A stretch of 35,795 nucleotides of DNA from Octopus sinensis (GCF_006345805.1 NW_021826280.1:1-35795), one strand, 5' to 3'. Shown: positions 10,477 to 24,508, counted from the stretch's first letter. Notes: generated from the letters alone by a model not told the origin. Translations and numbers: made by a program.

Positions 10477-10890
10477 AGGCGCAGGAGTGGCTGTGTGGTA
10501 TGTAGCTTGCTCACCAACCACATGGTTCCGGGTTCAGTCCCACTGCGTGGCATCTTGGGCAAGTGTCTTCTGCTATAGCCCCGGGCCGACCAATGCCTTG
10601 TGAGTGGATTTGGTAGACGGAAACTGAAAGAAGCCTGTCGTATATATGTATATATATATAAGTGTGTGTTTATATGTTTGTGTGTCTGTGTTTGTCCCCC
10701 TAGCATTGCTTGACAACCGATGCTGGTGTGTTTACGTCCCCGTCACTTAGTGGTTCGGCCAAAGAGACCGATAGAGTAAGTACTGGGCTTACAAAGAATA
10801 AGTCCCGGGGTCGATTTGCTCGACTAAAGGCGGTGCTCCAGCATGGCCGCACTCAAATGACTGAAACAAGTAAAAGAGTAAAAGAGAGTA
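10477..10890 (+). mobile_element. SINE family A, full length, low divergence
   Basis: tRNA-like head ggcgcaggagtggctgtgtgg...gggttcagtccc, core cttgggcaagtgtcttct, internal (TA)/(TG) tract, tail gactgaaacaagtaaaagagtaaaag. More than ten copies in the window. Confidence 0.9.
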
Positions 10891-11944
10891 ATAGAATCAT
10901 ATCCATCCTAACAGATCTTTGCTTAATCTTACGAACACATTTCCCAACTCAGTGAGACTTGCATTCCTTTACACATGCATAGCAGCTTCTTTGTTTTCAA
11001 GTTCTTTCTTACTCTCTCACACGTACTGGCTTGCAGGCTTTCGTACATACACAGATTCTGTGCACTCGCTCACTCATACTTCAACTTACATGCTTTCTCA
11101 CATCCACTCACTTTGTTTCCTCACTTAAACACCTACATTCCAACACACACTTCGACACTTATATACACACACACACACACACTCACAGACGCACATACAC
11201 ACTCGCTTTTTAATACATGCCCAAACACCTGTATATACACAACTAAAGATGAATATAAAAACATCTCAACATCTGTAAGATTTTATTGGAACAAAACAAA
11301 GTTTTATCCAATGGAGAAACAAAGAACAACAAGAACAACATTAATTGTATTGAAAACTGGTAATTTCTCCTGAATGACAATAAGACTTATTATTGCAGAC
11401 ATTAATTACAGTTTCCTTTTAATTAGAGAATAACCTCAATGTTGTCCTCTTGTCGCTTGCAGGCTTTGTTGCTTCTGTATACATTCATCAAGCTATCTCA
11501 GGTGTAAATGAAAAGCCCGGATGTGGCTTTGTACATGATCTAGAAGGAAATCTGACCTCGCTAGTTACTGCAATAGTAATTAACTAATCAAAGTTAATCA
11601 GCGAACAAAGCTTCTTGATTTTACAGTTGCCTTTGCTTAATTACTTTAAGAAACAGTGCCCTTTAATTTCCTTCCGAGCGACAGAGCAACACCTTAATGA
11701 CCTTTGCTTCAGGAATTCATTTCTTATTATCTTTTGTGTTTTAACAAATTTTTTTTTATTTCTATCATAACCTCAATTTTCACTTTTCTAAATTTTAAAA
11801 GTTTTTCACTTCAAGTATCTTTTCCTGTCAGCTTTTCCTTCTTTTCCCTCCACCTGATTTGTGCAGCACATTTTAATTGTGAAACCCTGAGGTAAGCTAA
11901 GGTCTACCTTTTGGAATTTGGAACATGTGTGTTGGTATTCACTT

Positions 11945-12565
11945 TTCACTTGTTTCAGACTGTGGCCATGCTGGGGTACCACTATGAAGAATTTTGTTCG
12001 AATGAATTGACCCCAATACTTGTTACTTATTTATTTAAGCCTGGTACTTATTCTCTTGGTCTCTTTTTGCTGAAATGCTAAGTTACAGGGATATAAACAC
12101 ACCAACACCAGTTGTCAAGCAATAGAAGGGGACAAACACACACACACACACATAATAGGCTTCTTACAGTTTCTTATTTCTTTACTGCCCACAAGGGGCT
12201 AAACACAGAGGGGACAAACAAGGACAGATAAACAGATTAAGTTGATTATATCGACCTCAGTGTGTAACTGGTACTTATTTAATCAACTCCGAAAGGATGA
12301 AAGGCAAAGTCGACCTCAGCAGGATTTGAAATCAGAACATAGCAGCAGACAAAATACTGCTAAGCATTTCGCCCAGCATGCTAACATTTCTGCCCAGCTC
12401 GCGGCCGGCTTCTTACAGTTTCTGTCCACCAAATCCTTTCATAAGACTTTCGTAGGCCCAAGGCTATAGTTGAAGATACTTGTTCAAGTTGCCAAATAAT
12501 AGGACTGAACCCAGAACCATATGCTTGGGAAGCAAACTTCTTACCACACAGCTATACCTGTGCCT
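11945..12565 (-). mobile_element. SINE family A containing a nested family C SINE
   Basis: Family A halves flank the insertion at 12175-12406. Confidence 0.8.
12175..12406 (-). mobile_element. SINE family C with 17-bp TSD
   Basis: ggcttcttacagtttct at 12158-12174 and 12407-12423; body is the reverse complement of the 6283-6965 units, with a different 3' tail. Confidence 0.85.
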
Positions 12566-12884
12566 GTTAATTGAAATCATTAAATATTTAATTTTTCACA
12601 GAACTTTTTAATCTGTAACTTTTACACTTTTTAGACTGATTCACTGAAATTAAAAAAAAAAAAACTGAAATTCTTTCCATTGTTTTCAATCTAGAAATAG
12701 AATAAAAGAATAAAAATAACCAAAGGACATCCAGTATAGAGTGTAAAGCGGTTGGTGTTAGGAAGTGCATCCAGCAGTAGAGGCCATGATAAAACAGGAC
12801 AATGGAGCTCTCTGTATTCCTATGAGATCCTATAAAATTATCCAGATCCATGCTTGCATGGAACATGGATGTTCAATATTAATG

Positions 12885-13600
12885 GAGATGGTAGTGGTGA
12901 TGATGATGACAATGAAAATGATGATGAGGATGATGATGATGACAATGATGGTGATGATGAGGATGATGATGATGATGATGACAATGATGCTGATGCTGCT
13001 GCTGCTGATGATGACAACAGCGATGATGATGAGGATAATGATGGTGATGATGTTAATGATGACGACGACGACAATGACGATGATGACAACGATGACAACA
13101 GCAGTGTTGATGATGGTGATGGTGGTGGTGGTAGTGGTGATGATGGTGATAGTAGTGATGATGATGATGGTGATAGTGATGATGGCAATGATGAGGATGA
13201 TGATGATGTAGTGACAATAATAATTATGATGACAATGGTGATGATGAAGATGATGATGATGATGGTAATGATGATGATGATATGATGATGATGAGGAGGA
13301 GGAGGACGATGACAATGATGGCGATGACGATAGTGATTACGACAATGACAGCAACAATGACACTGACAGCGACGGTGAGGATAATGATGGTGATTATGAT
13401 AATGATGATGACGTCAATGACTGATGGTGATGATGATGATGACAACAATGACGATGATGATGACGATGATGACAATGACAATGATGGTGGTGATGATGAT
13501 GATGATGGTGATGATGAGGAAGATGATGATGATGATAACAATGATAATGATGATGACAATGATGATGATGATGATGGAAATGATGACAGTGACATATAAA
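12885..13600. repeat. Degenerate (GAT/GAC/GGT)n trinucleotide tract, about 700 bp
   Basis: Direct inspection; gives low-complexity ORFs in most frames on both strands. Confidence 0.95.
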
Positions 13601-13766
13601 TTTTTGTTGAATTTCAGTAATCTCAGTTTCACCTTTCCAATTATTCAGTCGGTACTCCAGGCTGATTTTATTCTTAAATTATCTTTTGTTTGAATAGATT
13701 TTGAAATATTATCTAAAAAATTATGAAGAGAATGCTTATCTTTATGTTTACAAAAAAAAAAATCAT

Positions 13767-14200
13767 GCGCAGGAGTGGCTGTGTTGTAAGTAGCTTGGTT
13801 CCGGGTTCAGTCCCAATGCGTGGCACCTTGGGCAAGTGTATTCGACTATAGCCTTGTGCCAACCAAAGCCTTGTGAGTGGATTTGTTAGACAGAAACTGA
13901 AAGAAGCCCATCGTATATATATCCTTTCTACTATAGGCACAAGGCCCATCGTATATATATATATATATGTGTGTTGTGTGTGTCTGTATGTTTGTGTGTC
14001 AGTGTTTGTCCCCCAACATTGCTTGACAACCAATGCTAGTGTGTTTACGTCCCCATAAATTAGCTCTTCAGCAAAAGAGACCGATAGAATAAGTACTAGG
14101 CTTACAAAAAATAAGTCCTGGGATCGACTTGCTCACCTGAAGACGATGCTCCAGAATGGCCACAGTCAAATGACTGAAACAAATAAAAGAATAAAAGAAA
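13767..14200 (+). mobile_element. SINE family A
   Basis: Homology to 10477-10890, with a small deletion in the head and an internal duplication around aagcccatcgtatat. Confidence 0.85.
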
Positions 14201-15291
14201 AAGAATGCAAATAACATATGCAAAAACGGTTGTTTCAAACTCAAGCATTTCATTTCATATTCGACTCCCCTGGGAATATTCCAAACATCTTAAACATCAT
14301 ACAAGTGAAATGAATCTAAGAACTGCCCTCATGAAATTGTTTTGTTGTTTAAGTAATATTTCAAATAATACTTTAAAGTAATATTTTAAAAACATTAAAA
14401 AACTAATATTATTAAAATGTAATATTTTGAAAACAATATATGAGCCTATTGTGTTTGCACTTTCGTTTTTGTTCTGTTGTTGAAAATATGTCAAAACCAA
14501 TGCTTTTAGTCCCGGAATTTAACGAGGTCACTACTTGTACAAAAGATACTGAACTCCAGGCATTAAGGCACTAACAAGTCTGTTCTTTTATTCTTGCCAT
14601 TACTATATTGAAACAAAATTCTTGATTTTTCATCCAGATAAAGGTCACACTACATTTTTTATTTGAAGCTCACTTTTCTGTATGTTTGTGCCCTATCTAC
14701 AATCAACCACATAGTTTTGAATTCGTTAGAACTTGTTTCATGCCAGAACCATATAAATTTCCGTCGGAGGACTGCATTATGTACCAATGTCTTTTTGGCA
14801 TGGTTTCTATGGCTGGATATCCTTGATGATGCTAGCCACTTTACAAACTGCTCTGGGAGCTGTTCTTCATTGCAATAATACTGGTAAAGATTTCCTCATA
14901 ACTTGTAAGGCTAAGGCACTGAAATGGTCCCTGTAACAGATGGCGAATAAAAGAGAAAGTTGGTGAGGATTTATAGCAAAAAAAAATGAGAGAAAATCGG
15001 AGGGTAAGACGGAAAATTATGGAAGAAAACAGAGGTAATTCTCTGGAAGTATCACCTTCTTGTATTCTCTTATGACTAAGTGCTCTAAGTCACATGTTTT
15101 ATGTTGCTCAACATTTTCAGTATGTTACAGACTATCCTTAATGGTTTCACTGCTCTCATTTCCTCAATAATCTTTACTAGTTATTTTATTCATGTCAGCT
15201 TTGAATGCTGGTCTCTCTATGTCGTGTTTATTTATAGTAGTTTATATCTTGCCCAAGCATTCACCAGATCATCTCACCCCTGTGCCAGTGG

Positions 15292-15577
15292 CACATGAAA
15301 AAACATTCAAGCGAGGTCATTGCCAGTGCTGTTGGACTGGCTCCTGTGCAGGTGGCATGCAAAAAATACCATTTGAGCATGGCCATTGCCAGTACTGCCT
15401 GACTGGCCGTTGGCACATAAAGGCACCCACTACACTCTCAGAGTGGTTGGCATTAGGAAGGGCATCCAGCTGTAGAAACTCTGCCAGATCAAGATTGGAG
15501 TCTGGTGCAGCCATCTGGTTTGCCAGTCCTCAGTAAAATCGTCCAACTCATGCTACCATGGAAAGTGGATGATAAAC

Positions 15578-15610
<33 letters not shown>
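15292..15610 (+). mobile_element. RTE 3'-tail element ending in (GAT)n
   Basis: ggttggcattaggaagggcatccagctgtagaaa...ccatggaaagtggat...gatgatgat; homologous to the tail of the RTE at 23065-23250. Confidence 0.8.
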
Positions 15611-15611
<1 letters not shown>

Positions 15612-16329
15612 TCATAGCAATTGTTTTGCCTTTTTCTTTTCTGGCCCCAGTGAGAATAAATGCATCTTTATGATTAACTTCACACTTCTCCCCAATGATT
15701 TTCTGATTCATGCTAACACACTACTTGGTTGCCATCCAGAAAGCCTATCACATCTTGTCACAGAACATTGGTAAACATTTTACCATTTGTTTTTTTGATA
15801 GATATACTTAAAGTCTAGCTTCTCTTCAAGCCCTCTGATATTGCATTTTGCAACTCTCTTCTACTCCTTCCTTCCAAAAATGCCTCTTACCATTTATTAC
15901 TCTGTCTACAGTATAATTGCATATTTCTTAATAATTAAGAATAATACATTTTTAATATCAGCAACATCATTATGTCAGAAGTTTTGCTTCATAATAGAAA
16001 TATAAAAAAAAATTCTTTAGAATACAAATTCATTTTTTTCCAAATCTATGAAAATTTGGAATCACTTAACAAGAAATAAAACCTCTGTATGGTTTAAATA
16101 TTTACCCATATACATATGTTGAAAGATTAAGGGCCTTATTACACTCCTGTTATGGTAATTAGAAACCTTTTGCAAGTTTTTTCTCATGTTCCTCTTTGAT
16201 TTATTCCAGATGTCTCCCCTCTAGACAAGTTATAAGGAAACTTGCTTCCATTTTAAAAAAGTTATTTGCATGAATGCAACCATGCTGTATTCTAGAAGAG
16301 CCATCCACCATAGCAGAATTGCTAGTGCT

Positions 16330-17120
16330 ACATAAAATGCACTGGTGCTGGTGCCACATTAAAAGCATTGGTGATGATGCCACATTAAATGCACTGATGC
16401 TGGTGCCACATTAAAAGCACTGGTGATGGTGCCACATTAAAAGCACTGGTGCTGGTGCCACATTAAAAGCAGTGGTGATGGTGCCACATTAAATGCACTG
16501 GTGCTGGTGTTACATTAAAAGCAGTGGTGATGGTGCCACATTAAATGCACTGGTGCTGGTGTTACATTAAAAGCAGTGGTACTGATGCCACATTAAATGC
16601 ACTGGTTCTGGTGCCACATTAAAAGCACTGGGGATGGTTCCAAATCAAATGCACTTGTGATGGTTCCATGTGAAAAGCACTGGTGCTGGTGTCACATAAA
16701 AACACTGCTGATGGTGCCACTTAAAAGGCACTCATGTTGGTACGACATTAAAAGCACTGGTGATGGTGCTACATTAGAAACACTGGTGATGATTCCATGT
16801 GAAAAGCACTGGTGCTGGTGTCACAAAAAAAACACTGGTGATTGTGCCACTTAAAAGGCACTCATGTTAGTATGACATTAAAAGCACTGGTGATGGTGCT
16901 ACATTAGAAACACTGGTGATGATTCCACATTAAATGAACTGGTTCTGGTGCCACATTAAAAGCAGTGGTGATGATTCCAAATCAAACGCACTAGTGATGG
17001 TTCCATGTGAAAAGCACTGGTGCTGGTATCACATAAAAAAACACTGGTGATTGTGCCACTCAAGATGCACTGGTGATGGTGATGGTGCTACATTAAAAGC
17101 AATGGCGATGGTACTACATA
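16330..17120. repeat. 26-bp minisatellite, about 30 copies (aaaagcactggtgatggtgccacatt)
   Basis: cacatt recurs at 16381, 16407 and 16433; variant units recur in blocks. Confidence 0.92.
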
Positions 17121-17310
17121 AAACGCACCAAGTACACTCTCTAAAGTAGATGGCTTTAGGAAGGGCATCCAGCCACAGAAACCATACCAGAATGGACACT
17201 GGAGCCTGGTGCAGATCCACTCTTGCCAGAGCACCAATCAAACTGCTCAACCCATGGCAGCATGGAAAAACAGGCATTAAATGATGATGATGACGATGAT
17301 GATGATGATG
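16330..17310 (+). mobile_element. RTE 3'-tail element with an expanded internal 26-bp minisatellite
   Basis: Tail homology at about 17120-17310 ending in (GAT)n, preceded by the tandem array. Confidence 0.75.
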
Positions 17311-18004
17311 CAGTATATGCATGTAAAAGACATTTGCACAGTGAGATAGTAGTAAAGAAATAGAGACATTTGTTGAAGTAGGGTATAGAGGAGTGTTAAT
17401 AATGCCAGAACAGACGACTATAGATTCATGTGCTCAGTAATACAAACAGCTTTCATTATGCATTCTTGTTACAGACAACCTAAGTATGATGATAAGATTA
17501 ATAATGATAATAACGATGATTGAAGTGAATTTTTATTGCTTGTTCTTACATCCACAGGAAGTGTCTGTCTAAGGAAATATCATTGTTGTTATTATCATCG
17601 AGACGGCCAAACAAATATATTGGAATTATCTTTTAAATAAAACAGAGAAATTATACATAGCTTTCTGCCAAGTGGTCATTCAAAGATGTCTTTCAATGAT
17701 TCCAAATTAAATTTGGCTGAGTAAATCCACATTTATGTGAGAATATCAAGTCTGAATGAAGGAAAGAGAGAGAGAGAGAGAGAGAGAAAAATAATAATAA
17801 TAAATTAGACCATTAGTTATCTATTTCTGTTCGTTAATCTAGTTAGCGATTTTCTTTATTAATTTCAGTTTAATGTTCATTTTTCATTGCCACTGTAGGT
17901 AAGATGGCGGCGGAAGAGTTTGCGTAGATGGTGGATGAGGGTGTTCTCCTATGGGCTCAAAATGATGCCATCTGCATATTATGTCTATCAAGATGAAAAT
18001 TCTG

Positions 18005-18087
18005 GTTTTTGCTGTTGTTTTCGTTGCTGCTGTTGTCATTATTGTCATTATCATTGTCGTTGTTGATGTTGTTGTTGCTACTACTAC

Positions 18088-18121
<34 letters not shown>

Positions 18122-18135
18122 TTATTATTATTATT

Positions 18136-18176
<41 letters not shown>

Positions 18177-18205
18177 TATTATTATTATTATTATTATCAT
18201 TATTA

Positions 18206-18241
<36 letters not shown>

Positions 18242-18258
18242 CATCATCATCATCATCA

Positions 18259-18307
<49 letters not shown>

Positions 18308-18318
18308 TATTATTATCA

Positions 18319-18375
<57 letters not shown>

Positions 18376-18392
18376 TATTATTATCATCATCA
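18005..18392. repeat. Compound (GTT)/(TAT)n/(CAT)n microsatellite
   Basis: Direct inspection. Confidence 0.95.
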
Positions 18393-19571
18393 TTTGCAAA
18401 ACTCATGCTCTGATATCAGCTGTAATAATTACATTTCCAAAGAAACCATAATGTTTTTTATCATTTTTTTTATTTCTAATTTTTTTTTTGTTGCTTTTAC
18501 CTTTTTATAAGATTTAAATGTTAGTGTTTTATTATGATGATGTGATAGGATTAAAGGATTAAAGATGAAATTTTTGAAATTCTAATCAGAAAAATTTTAA
18601 TTGAATTTTAAAATATGATTTGAAGTTAATATTCAATTTGAAAACTTCAAAAGTTTTGTTTTGATTTATTGTTATTTTCCTTTCCTTCCTTCTTTCAAAT
18701 TCCAATATAAAACAGGAAAGATTGCTAAAGTACTTCTGCCAAGATATGGTGAGCAAAGTTAGGAGAAATTATGACAATTCTTCATAATCAGGTGTTGGTT
18801 ATTAAAGAAGCTTTTACAGATTAAAATAAGAATTTAAAAAAAGAATTTGGACATACTGTCTTGTACAAATTCTTTGATGATATTACCTAATTTCTAATTA
18901 GGTACCAAAAGACAAATAGTAAAATTCTTTGATCAACAACTTGGCACAGTATCTGAAATTATGAAGTGTTGCTGTAGCTTGTTTTACCTCTGTGAAGTGT
19001 GTAACTATATAAATTGAACCCTTCCATTGTTATTTGTGTTTTAGGCATTTAACCATTCAAGATTAACTCTTTAGCAAAGTGTTTGCTTGTTTAACATAAC
19101 AAACACATACACACATACGCATGCACACACAAAAACACACACATGCACGCACACACACACAATAGTCACAACATACACGCACACATGCATGCACACACGA
19201 ACACATAAGCTTAAGTAAATATTTATTTAATATGTTTTACTGAATTGTCATGGACGGATTTGTTGAGGTCTGATGTGCTTTCAATCCAGCACATACACAC
19301 ACATGGATACTCAATAGTTATATATGCATATATACATACATAAATACATACATACATACAAACATACATACATACATACATACATACATACATTCATTCA
19401 TACATACATACATGTAAAAAAAATACATACATGCATGCATGCATACATAAACAAATACATACACATATATATGCATGTAAATATGTCTATATATATGCAT
19501 ATTTGTCTCTCTCTCTCTCTCTCTCTCTCTAGATAGATATATATATATATATGTATATAATGTATGTCCAG

Positions 19572-19616
<45 letters not shown>

Positions 19617-20230
19617 TATCCACACATACATATATAAATATCATTGACTGTTTTGACTGTTAAAGAATTCAAGAGCTGTCAACATACTTTATATTGAAAT
19701 ACCATATTCCAGATTTGAGATAAAAATGAAATTGAAAAGAAGAAAAACAGTAAGAAAAACAATGTTGAATTTGCAAGTTGTAAAAGAAACACACGCATAT
19801 ACACACATGTCTGTTGATAGCCACACAAGTAGAGATACACGTATTTACTTACATACAAGCAAAGGAGAAAAACAGGCTGGGCTAACAGACCAAGAGAAAT
19901 GAGTTGATGGATTTGTCTATGCTTTCGAAGCATACCCAAGTGCCCACAAGATGGATCACTGAAGTTAAGTATATGCTTCATATTGTGTGTCAATTATTAC
20001 AGGAGTGACTTGCCATGTTGCAGACTGAATAGTAATATTTAAAAATCTTTTGGGACGCTAATAGCAAAGACAAGAACTTTTATAGTGAAATATGGCTTTT
20101 TTTTTTCTTTTTATCATACATGCATATATATATATGCTTTTACACTCACACACATTATATATTCATACACACAAAACACACACACATACACACACATGCA
20201 CATACACAGAAGCACACATATACAAGTATT

Positions 20231-20430
20231 TCTCTTTTACTTGTTTCAGTCATTTGACTGTGGCCATGCTGGAGCACCGCCTTAGTTGAGCAAATCGACC
20301 CCAGCACTTATTCTTTGTAAGCCTAGTACTTATTCTATTGGTCTCTTTTGCCGAACCGCTAAGTTACGGGGATGTAAACACACCAGCATCGGTTGTCAAG
20401 TGATGTTGGGGGTGGGAGGGACAAACAGAG
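20231..20430 (-). mobile_element. SINE family A, 3' half
   Basis: cttttacttgtttcagtcatttgactg...ggttgtcaag. Confidence 0.85.
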
Positions 20431-20440
20431 AAACAGTTGA

Positions 20441-21280
20441 GAAAGACTAAAGGAACTGAAATTCTACTCTCTGGAGAGAAGGTATGAAAGATATGCTGTG
20501 ATATATGGATGGAATATCACGGAAAGTCTGGCTGCCAACTTTAGAATTCAAAGCTATACCAACCACCAAAGTGGACAGTCATGCACAGTACTAATTCTCA
20601 TATCTAAATATCACTAGCTAGAAAAAAAGGACCCAGTATTGTAACAGCTTGGGTTTCAAGGGTCCACCACTATGCAACATTCTGCCAAATGACCTCAGTG
20701 ATTTGTGAGCTCTTCAAAAAGTGGCTGCACGAATTTTTATGGCTATGTGGTAAGTAGCTTGTTTACCGACCACATGGTTCAGGGTTCAGTCCCACTACGT
20801 GGCACTTGGGCAAGTGTCTTCTACTATAGCTTCTGGCTGACCAAAGCCTTGTGAGTGGATTTGGTAGATGGAAACTGAAAGAAGCCCGTCGTATATATGT
20901 ATATATTATATATATATATGTATGTGTGTGTATGTGTTTGTGTGTCTGTGTTTGTCCTCCCAACATCGCTTGGCAACCGATGCTGGTGTGTTTACGTCCT
21001 CGTAACTTAGCAGTTCGGCAAAAGAGACCGATAGATTAAGTACTAGGCTTACAAATAATAAGTCCTAGGGTTGATTTGCTCGACTAAAGGTGGTGCTCCA
21101 GCATGGCCACAGTCAAATGACTGAAACAGCTAAAAGAGTAAAAGAGTATACCAGATGAACCCACACTGCAGCAAGAGACACAAAGAAGAGCAGCTACATT
21201 CAACTTGCTATTCACCAGAAACTGTACGGGAAAGAAACTCAAACACATAACGAAGTGTGCCAACTAAAAACTACTTTTTT
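20441..21280 (+). mobile_element. CR1/L2-like LINE ORF2 C-terminal relic, interrupted by a SINE at 20741-21148
   Basis: ERLKELKFYSLERRYERYAVIYGW...CNSLGFKGPPLCNILPNDL...FKKWLHEF, resuming after the SINE as PDEPTLQQETQRRAA. The RLxxLxLxSLExRR motif is typical of CR1/L2-group ORF2 ends; frameshifted. Confidence 0.7.
20741..21148 (+). mobile_element. SINE family A inserted into the CR1/L2-like relic
   Basis: Near full-length homology; the LINE reading resumes immediately after it. Confidence 0.88.
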
Positions 21281-21754
21281 TTTTCATAAAGTCTTGCATT
21301 ATCATTGCTTATATTATCTGCAGTAGTTTTGTGGCAATTTAATTAGTGGATAAAAAAAAATACGTATTCACTGTATCTGAATCATTATGTGTTTGTATGT
21401 CTGTATATGTATGCATGTATGAGTGTGTTATTGCTATCAGTTACCATGGGAACGTTACTTCCATAACAGACCTGCTAACAAGCCTTTAATGAAAAGCTGA
21501 AGGTTCTACTAAATGACCAACATCTGATTTAAACTTCAAGAAAAAGAATGTTTTTATGACAACAATTTCAAGACAAGGTTACACAAGCATAGGCATACAC
21601 ATATACACGCATACATGCAAACACATACATTCTTACACACTCACACACACACACTCACACACACACACACTCACACACACACAGACACACACACACACAC
21701 ACACCACACACACACACACGCGCGCGCACGCACACACACACACACACACACATA

Positions 21755-21910
21755 CATGCGATGGACTCCTTTCAGTTTCCATCTAACAAATCCAGTCACA
21801 AGGCTTTGGCCAGCTCAGGATTATTGCAGAAAACACTTGCACAAGGCACCATGCAGTGGAAGCGGAACCCGAAACCATATGGTTGGGATGCAAGCCTCTT
21901 AACTTCACTG
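21755..21910 (-). mobile_element. SINE family A, 5' half
   Basis: Diverged head and core homology. Confidence 0.7.
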
Positions 21911-22520
21911 CCACATATTAGAGCATATTTCAGACGAGATGAATCTGTAGGTTTTAAAAAAGTCAGTGAAACGAAGAACTGAAGAAAGATACTTTTCCAA
22001 CAAATATAATTTACGTATCATACTAATTTTGAATACATTTTAATTAAAGAATAACATGTGTAAAATATAAAATTCAAATAACCTCAGAGTATTAAAAATA
22101 CAGAAATAAAACCATGACACTCTACCTTAACATGCAAAGAAATATGATACAGAAAATGTATTAAGAAAAATCTATAGTATTATCATATGGAATAGTTTCA
22201 CAGCATAATTCACATGATGTCTTAATTCAGCAAGAATATTTGTGTTTATTTATATGAATCCTTAGTTTTTAACCAAAAAGCTTGCTTAGTTTGCATATCC
22301 AGTAGAGATTTTAAATTATTATTTTTTTTCGTTTAAAATATTTGAAGTTAAAGAAGTCTAGCTTCTTCAAACATTTTCTAGTACCTGATGTCAAGCTATG
22401 CAAAGTTTTAACATCAGAACTTCGTCTAATGTCCTGTAAAAGAAGGCATAGCTATGCAATGAGTGCATTTGACAGAGAAAGGAAAAGAGGGAGGGTGAGA
22501 GAGTTTATTATATATATACA

Positions 22521-22551
<31 letters not shown>

Positions 22552-22627
22552 GCACACACACACATATATATACACACACACACACACACATATATATTAT
22601 ACACTCACACACACATGCACACATAAT

Positions 22628-23064
22628 CTTTTACTCTTTTACTTGTTTCAGTCATTTGACTGTGGCCATGCTGGAGCACTGCCTTTTAGTTGAGCAAGTT
22701 GACCCTAGGACTTATTCTTTGTAAGCCAAGTACTATCGGTCTCTTTTGCCAAACTGCTAAGTTACAGGGATGTAAATACACCAGCATCGGTTGTCAAGAG
22801 ATGTTAGGGGAACAAACACAGACACACATATATATATATACATATATTTTTTTCTCTTTTTGTTTCAGCTCAGAGCTGCGGCCATGCTGATGCACATTGT
22901 ACAATGGGCTTCTTTCAGTTTCCTTCTACCAAATCCACTCACAAAGCTTTGGTCAGCCTGAGGCTATAGTAGAAGACACTTGCCCAAGGTGCCACGCAGA
23001 GGGACTGAACCCGGAACCATGTGGTTGGTAAGAAAGCTACTTACCACACAGCCACTCCTACACC
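22628..23064 (-). mobile_element. SINE family A, full length
   Basis: Reverse-complement homology to 10477-10890. Confidence 0.88.
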
Positions 23065-24055
23065 TATACGTATATGATGATGATCATCATCATCATTTAA
23101 CATCCACTCTCCTTTCTGGCATGGATTAGATGGTTTGACTGGCACTGATAAGCTGGAGAGCTGCACCAGGTTCCAGTCTGGTTTGACATAGTTTCCACGG
23201 CTGGATGCCCTTTCTAATGCCAACTACTCCAGGAATGAACTGGGTGCTCTTACATGCCACTGGCATGGGTGCCTTTGCACTAGCAGTGACCACGACTACA
23301 ATGATTCATGGGTGCCCTTTAAATGATACCAGTAATGACCACAAGTATGATTTACAGGTGTCATTTACATGGCACCATCAAGGACTATGACTACAATTCA
23401 CAGGTGCCATTTACAAGGTGCTGGCAGTGACCATCCCTACGATTTAATTGGTGCCATTTACATGATACTGGCAAAACCACAACTACAATCTTACTTGGTC
23501 CGATGAGTCTGCTCATGCACAGCATATCACGAAAGTTTCTTGGTCACTTATCATCACCTCTATGAGGTCCAACATGCACAACCACCTCGTTTCATGTCTT
23601 CCTGGGTCTACCTCTTCTACAGCTTCCCTCCATAGGGATCAGTACTCCTTTACACATCTGTCCTCGTCCATATTCATCACATGATCATACCAGCGCAGTT
23701 GTCTCTCTTGCATACAACATCTGATGCCTTTTATGTCCAGTGTTTCTCTTAAGGTGCTAACACTTTGTTGTACATGTACACTGACATTGCACATCCAGTG
23801 AAGCATACTAGCTTCGTTTCTTTCAAACCTTCGCAAGTCCTCAGCAGTCACTGCCCATGTTTCACTACCATGTAGCATAGCTGTTTGCACACAAGTATCG
23901 TACAGTCTACCTTTTACTCTGAGCGAGAGGCCCTTTGTTACCAACAGAGGTAGAAGCTCTCTAAATTTTGCCCAGCCTATTCTTATTCTAGCAGCTACAC
24001 TCTCTGGGCATCCACTTTCATGGCTGACTCAGTCATTTAGATAACAGAAGCTATA
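23065..24055 (-). mobile_element. 5'-truncated RTE-clade LINE: degenerate C-terminal ORF fragment plus 3' tail ending in (ATG)n
   Basis: Translation ARIRIGWAKFRELLPLLVTKGLSLRVKGRLYDTCVQTAMLHGSETWAV...ERQLRWYDHVMNMDEDRCVK matches RTE RT C-terminal motifs (xGSETW, LRWxGHV). An upstream in-frame stop indicates decay. Confidence 0.88.
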
Positions 24056-24383
24056 TATAGTTAAAAGTAATGGCCATTACATATAATTCCCTTATTGGGG
24101 AAAATTTATAGCTGTTTGCAGTAGTCATTACAGGTACATTACTGATAGGTTTACTCAATTGGTCTATTGATCAATCGAGAAAAATTGAATGATCTAAGAA
24201 ATTTATGTTACTTTCATCAGGGCCATTTCTAGTTATATAGAACTGTGATGGACCCTTACACAAGACTACTGGAGTTCTTCATTAATCTAAGTAACATAGT
24301 CAGTCTGGTGTGTCAACAGAGAATCTATTAAGTATTTTTCCCTGTTGATAATTCCTCACTATTTGTTCTGTTATATATATATA

Positions 24384-24508
<125 letters not shown>

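Noticed and set aside
12765-13693. Long ORFs (poly-Asp, poly-Met, poly-Ser, poly-Ile) up to 161 aa
   Set aside because: Open in most frames on both strands because of the (GAT)n tract; no unique coding sequence or supported splice context.
16330-17120. CRISPR-like regular repeat
   Set aside because: Contiguous 26-bp tandem units with no unique spacers, eukaryotic context, no cas genes.
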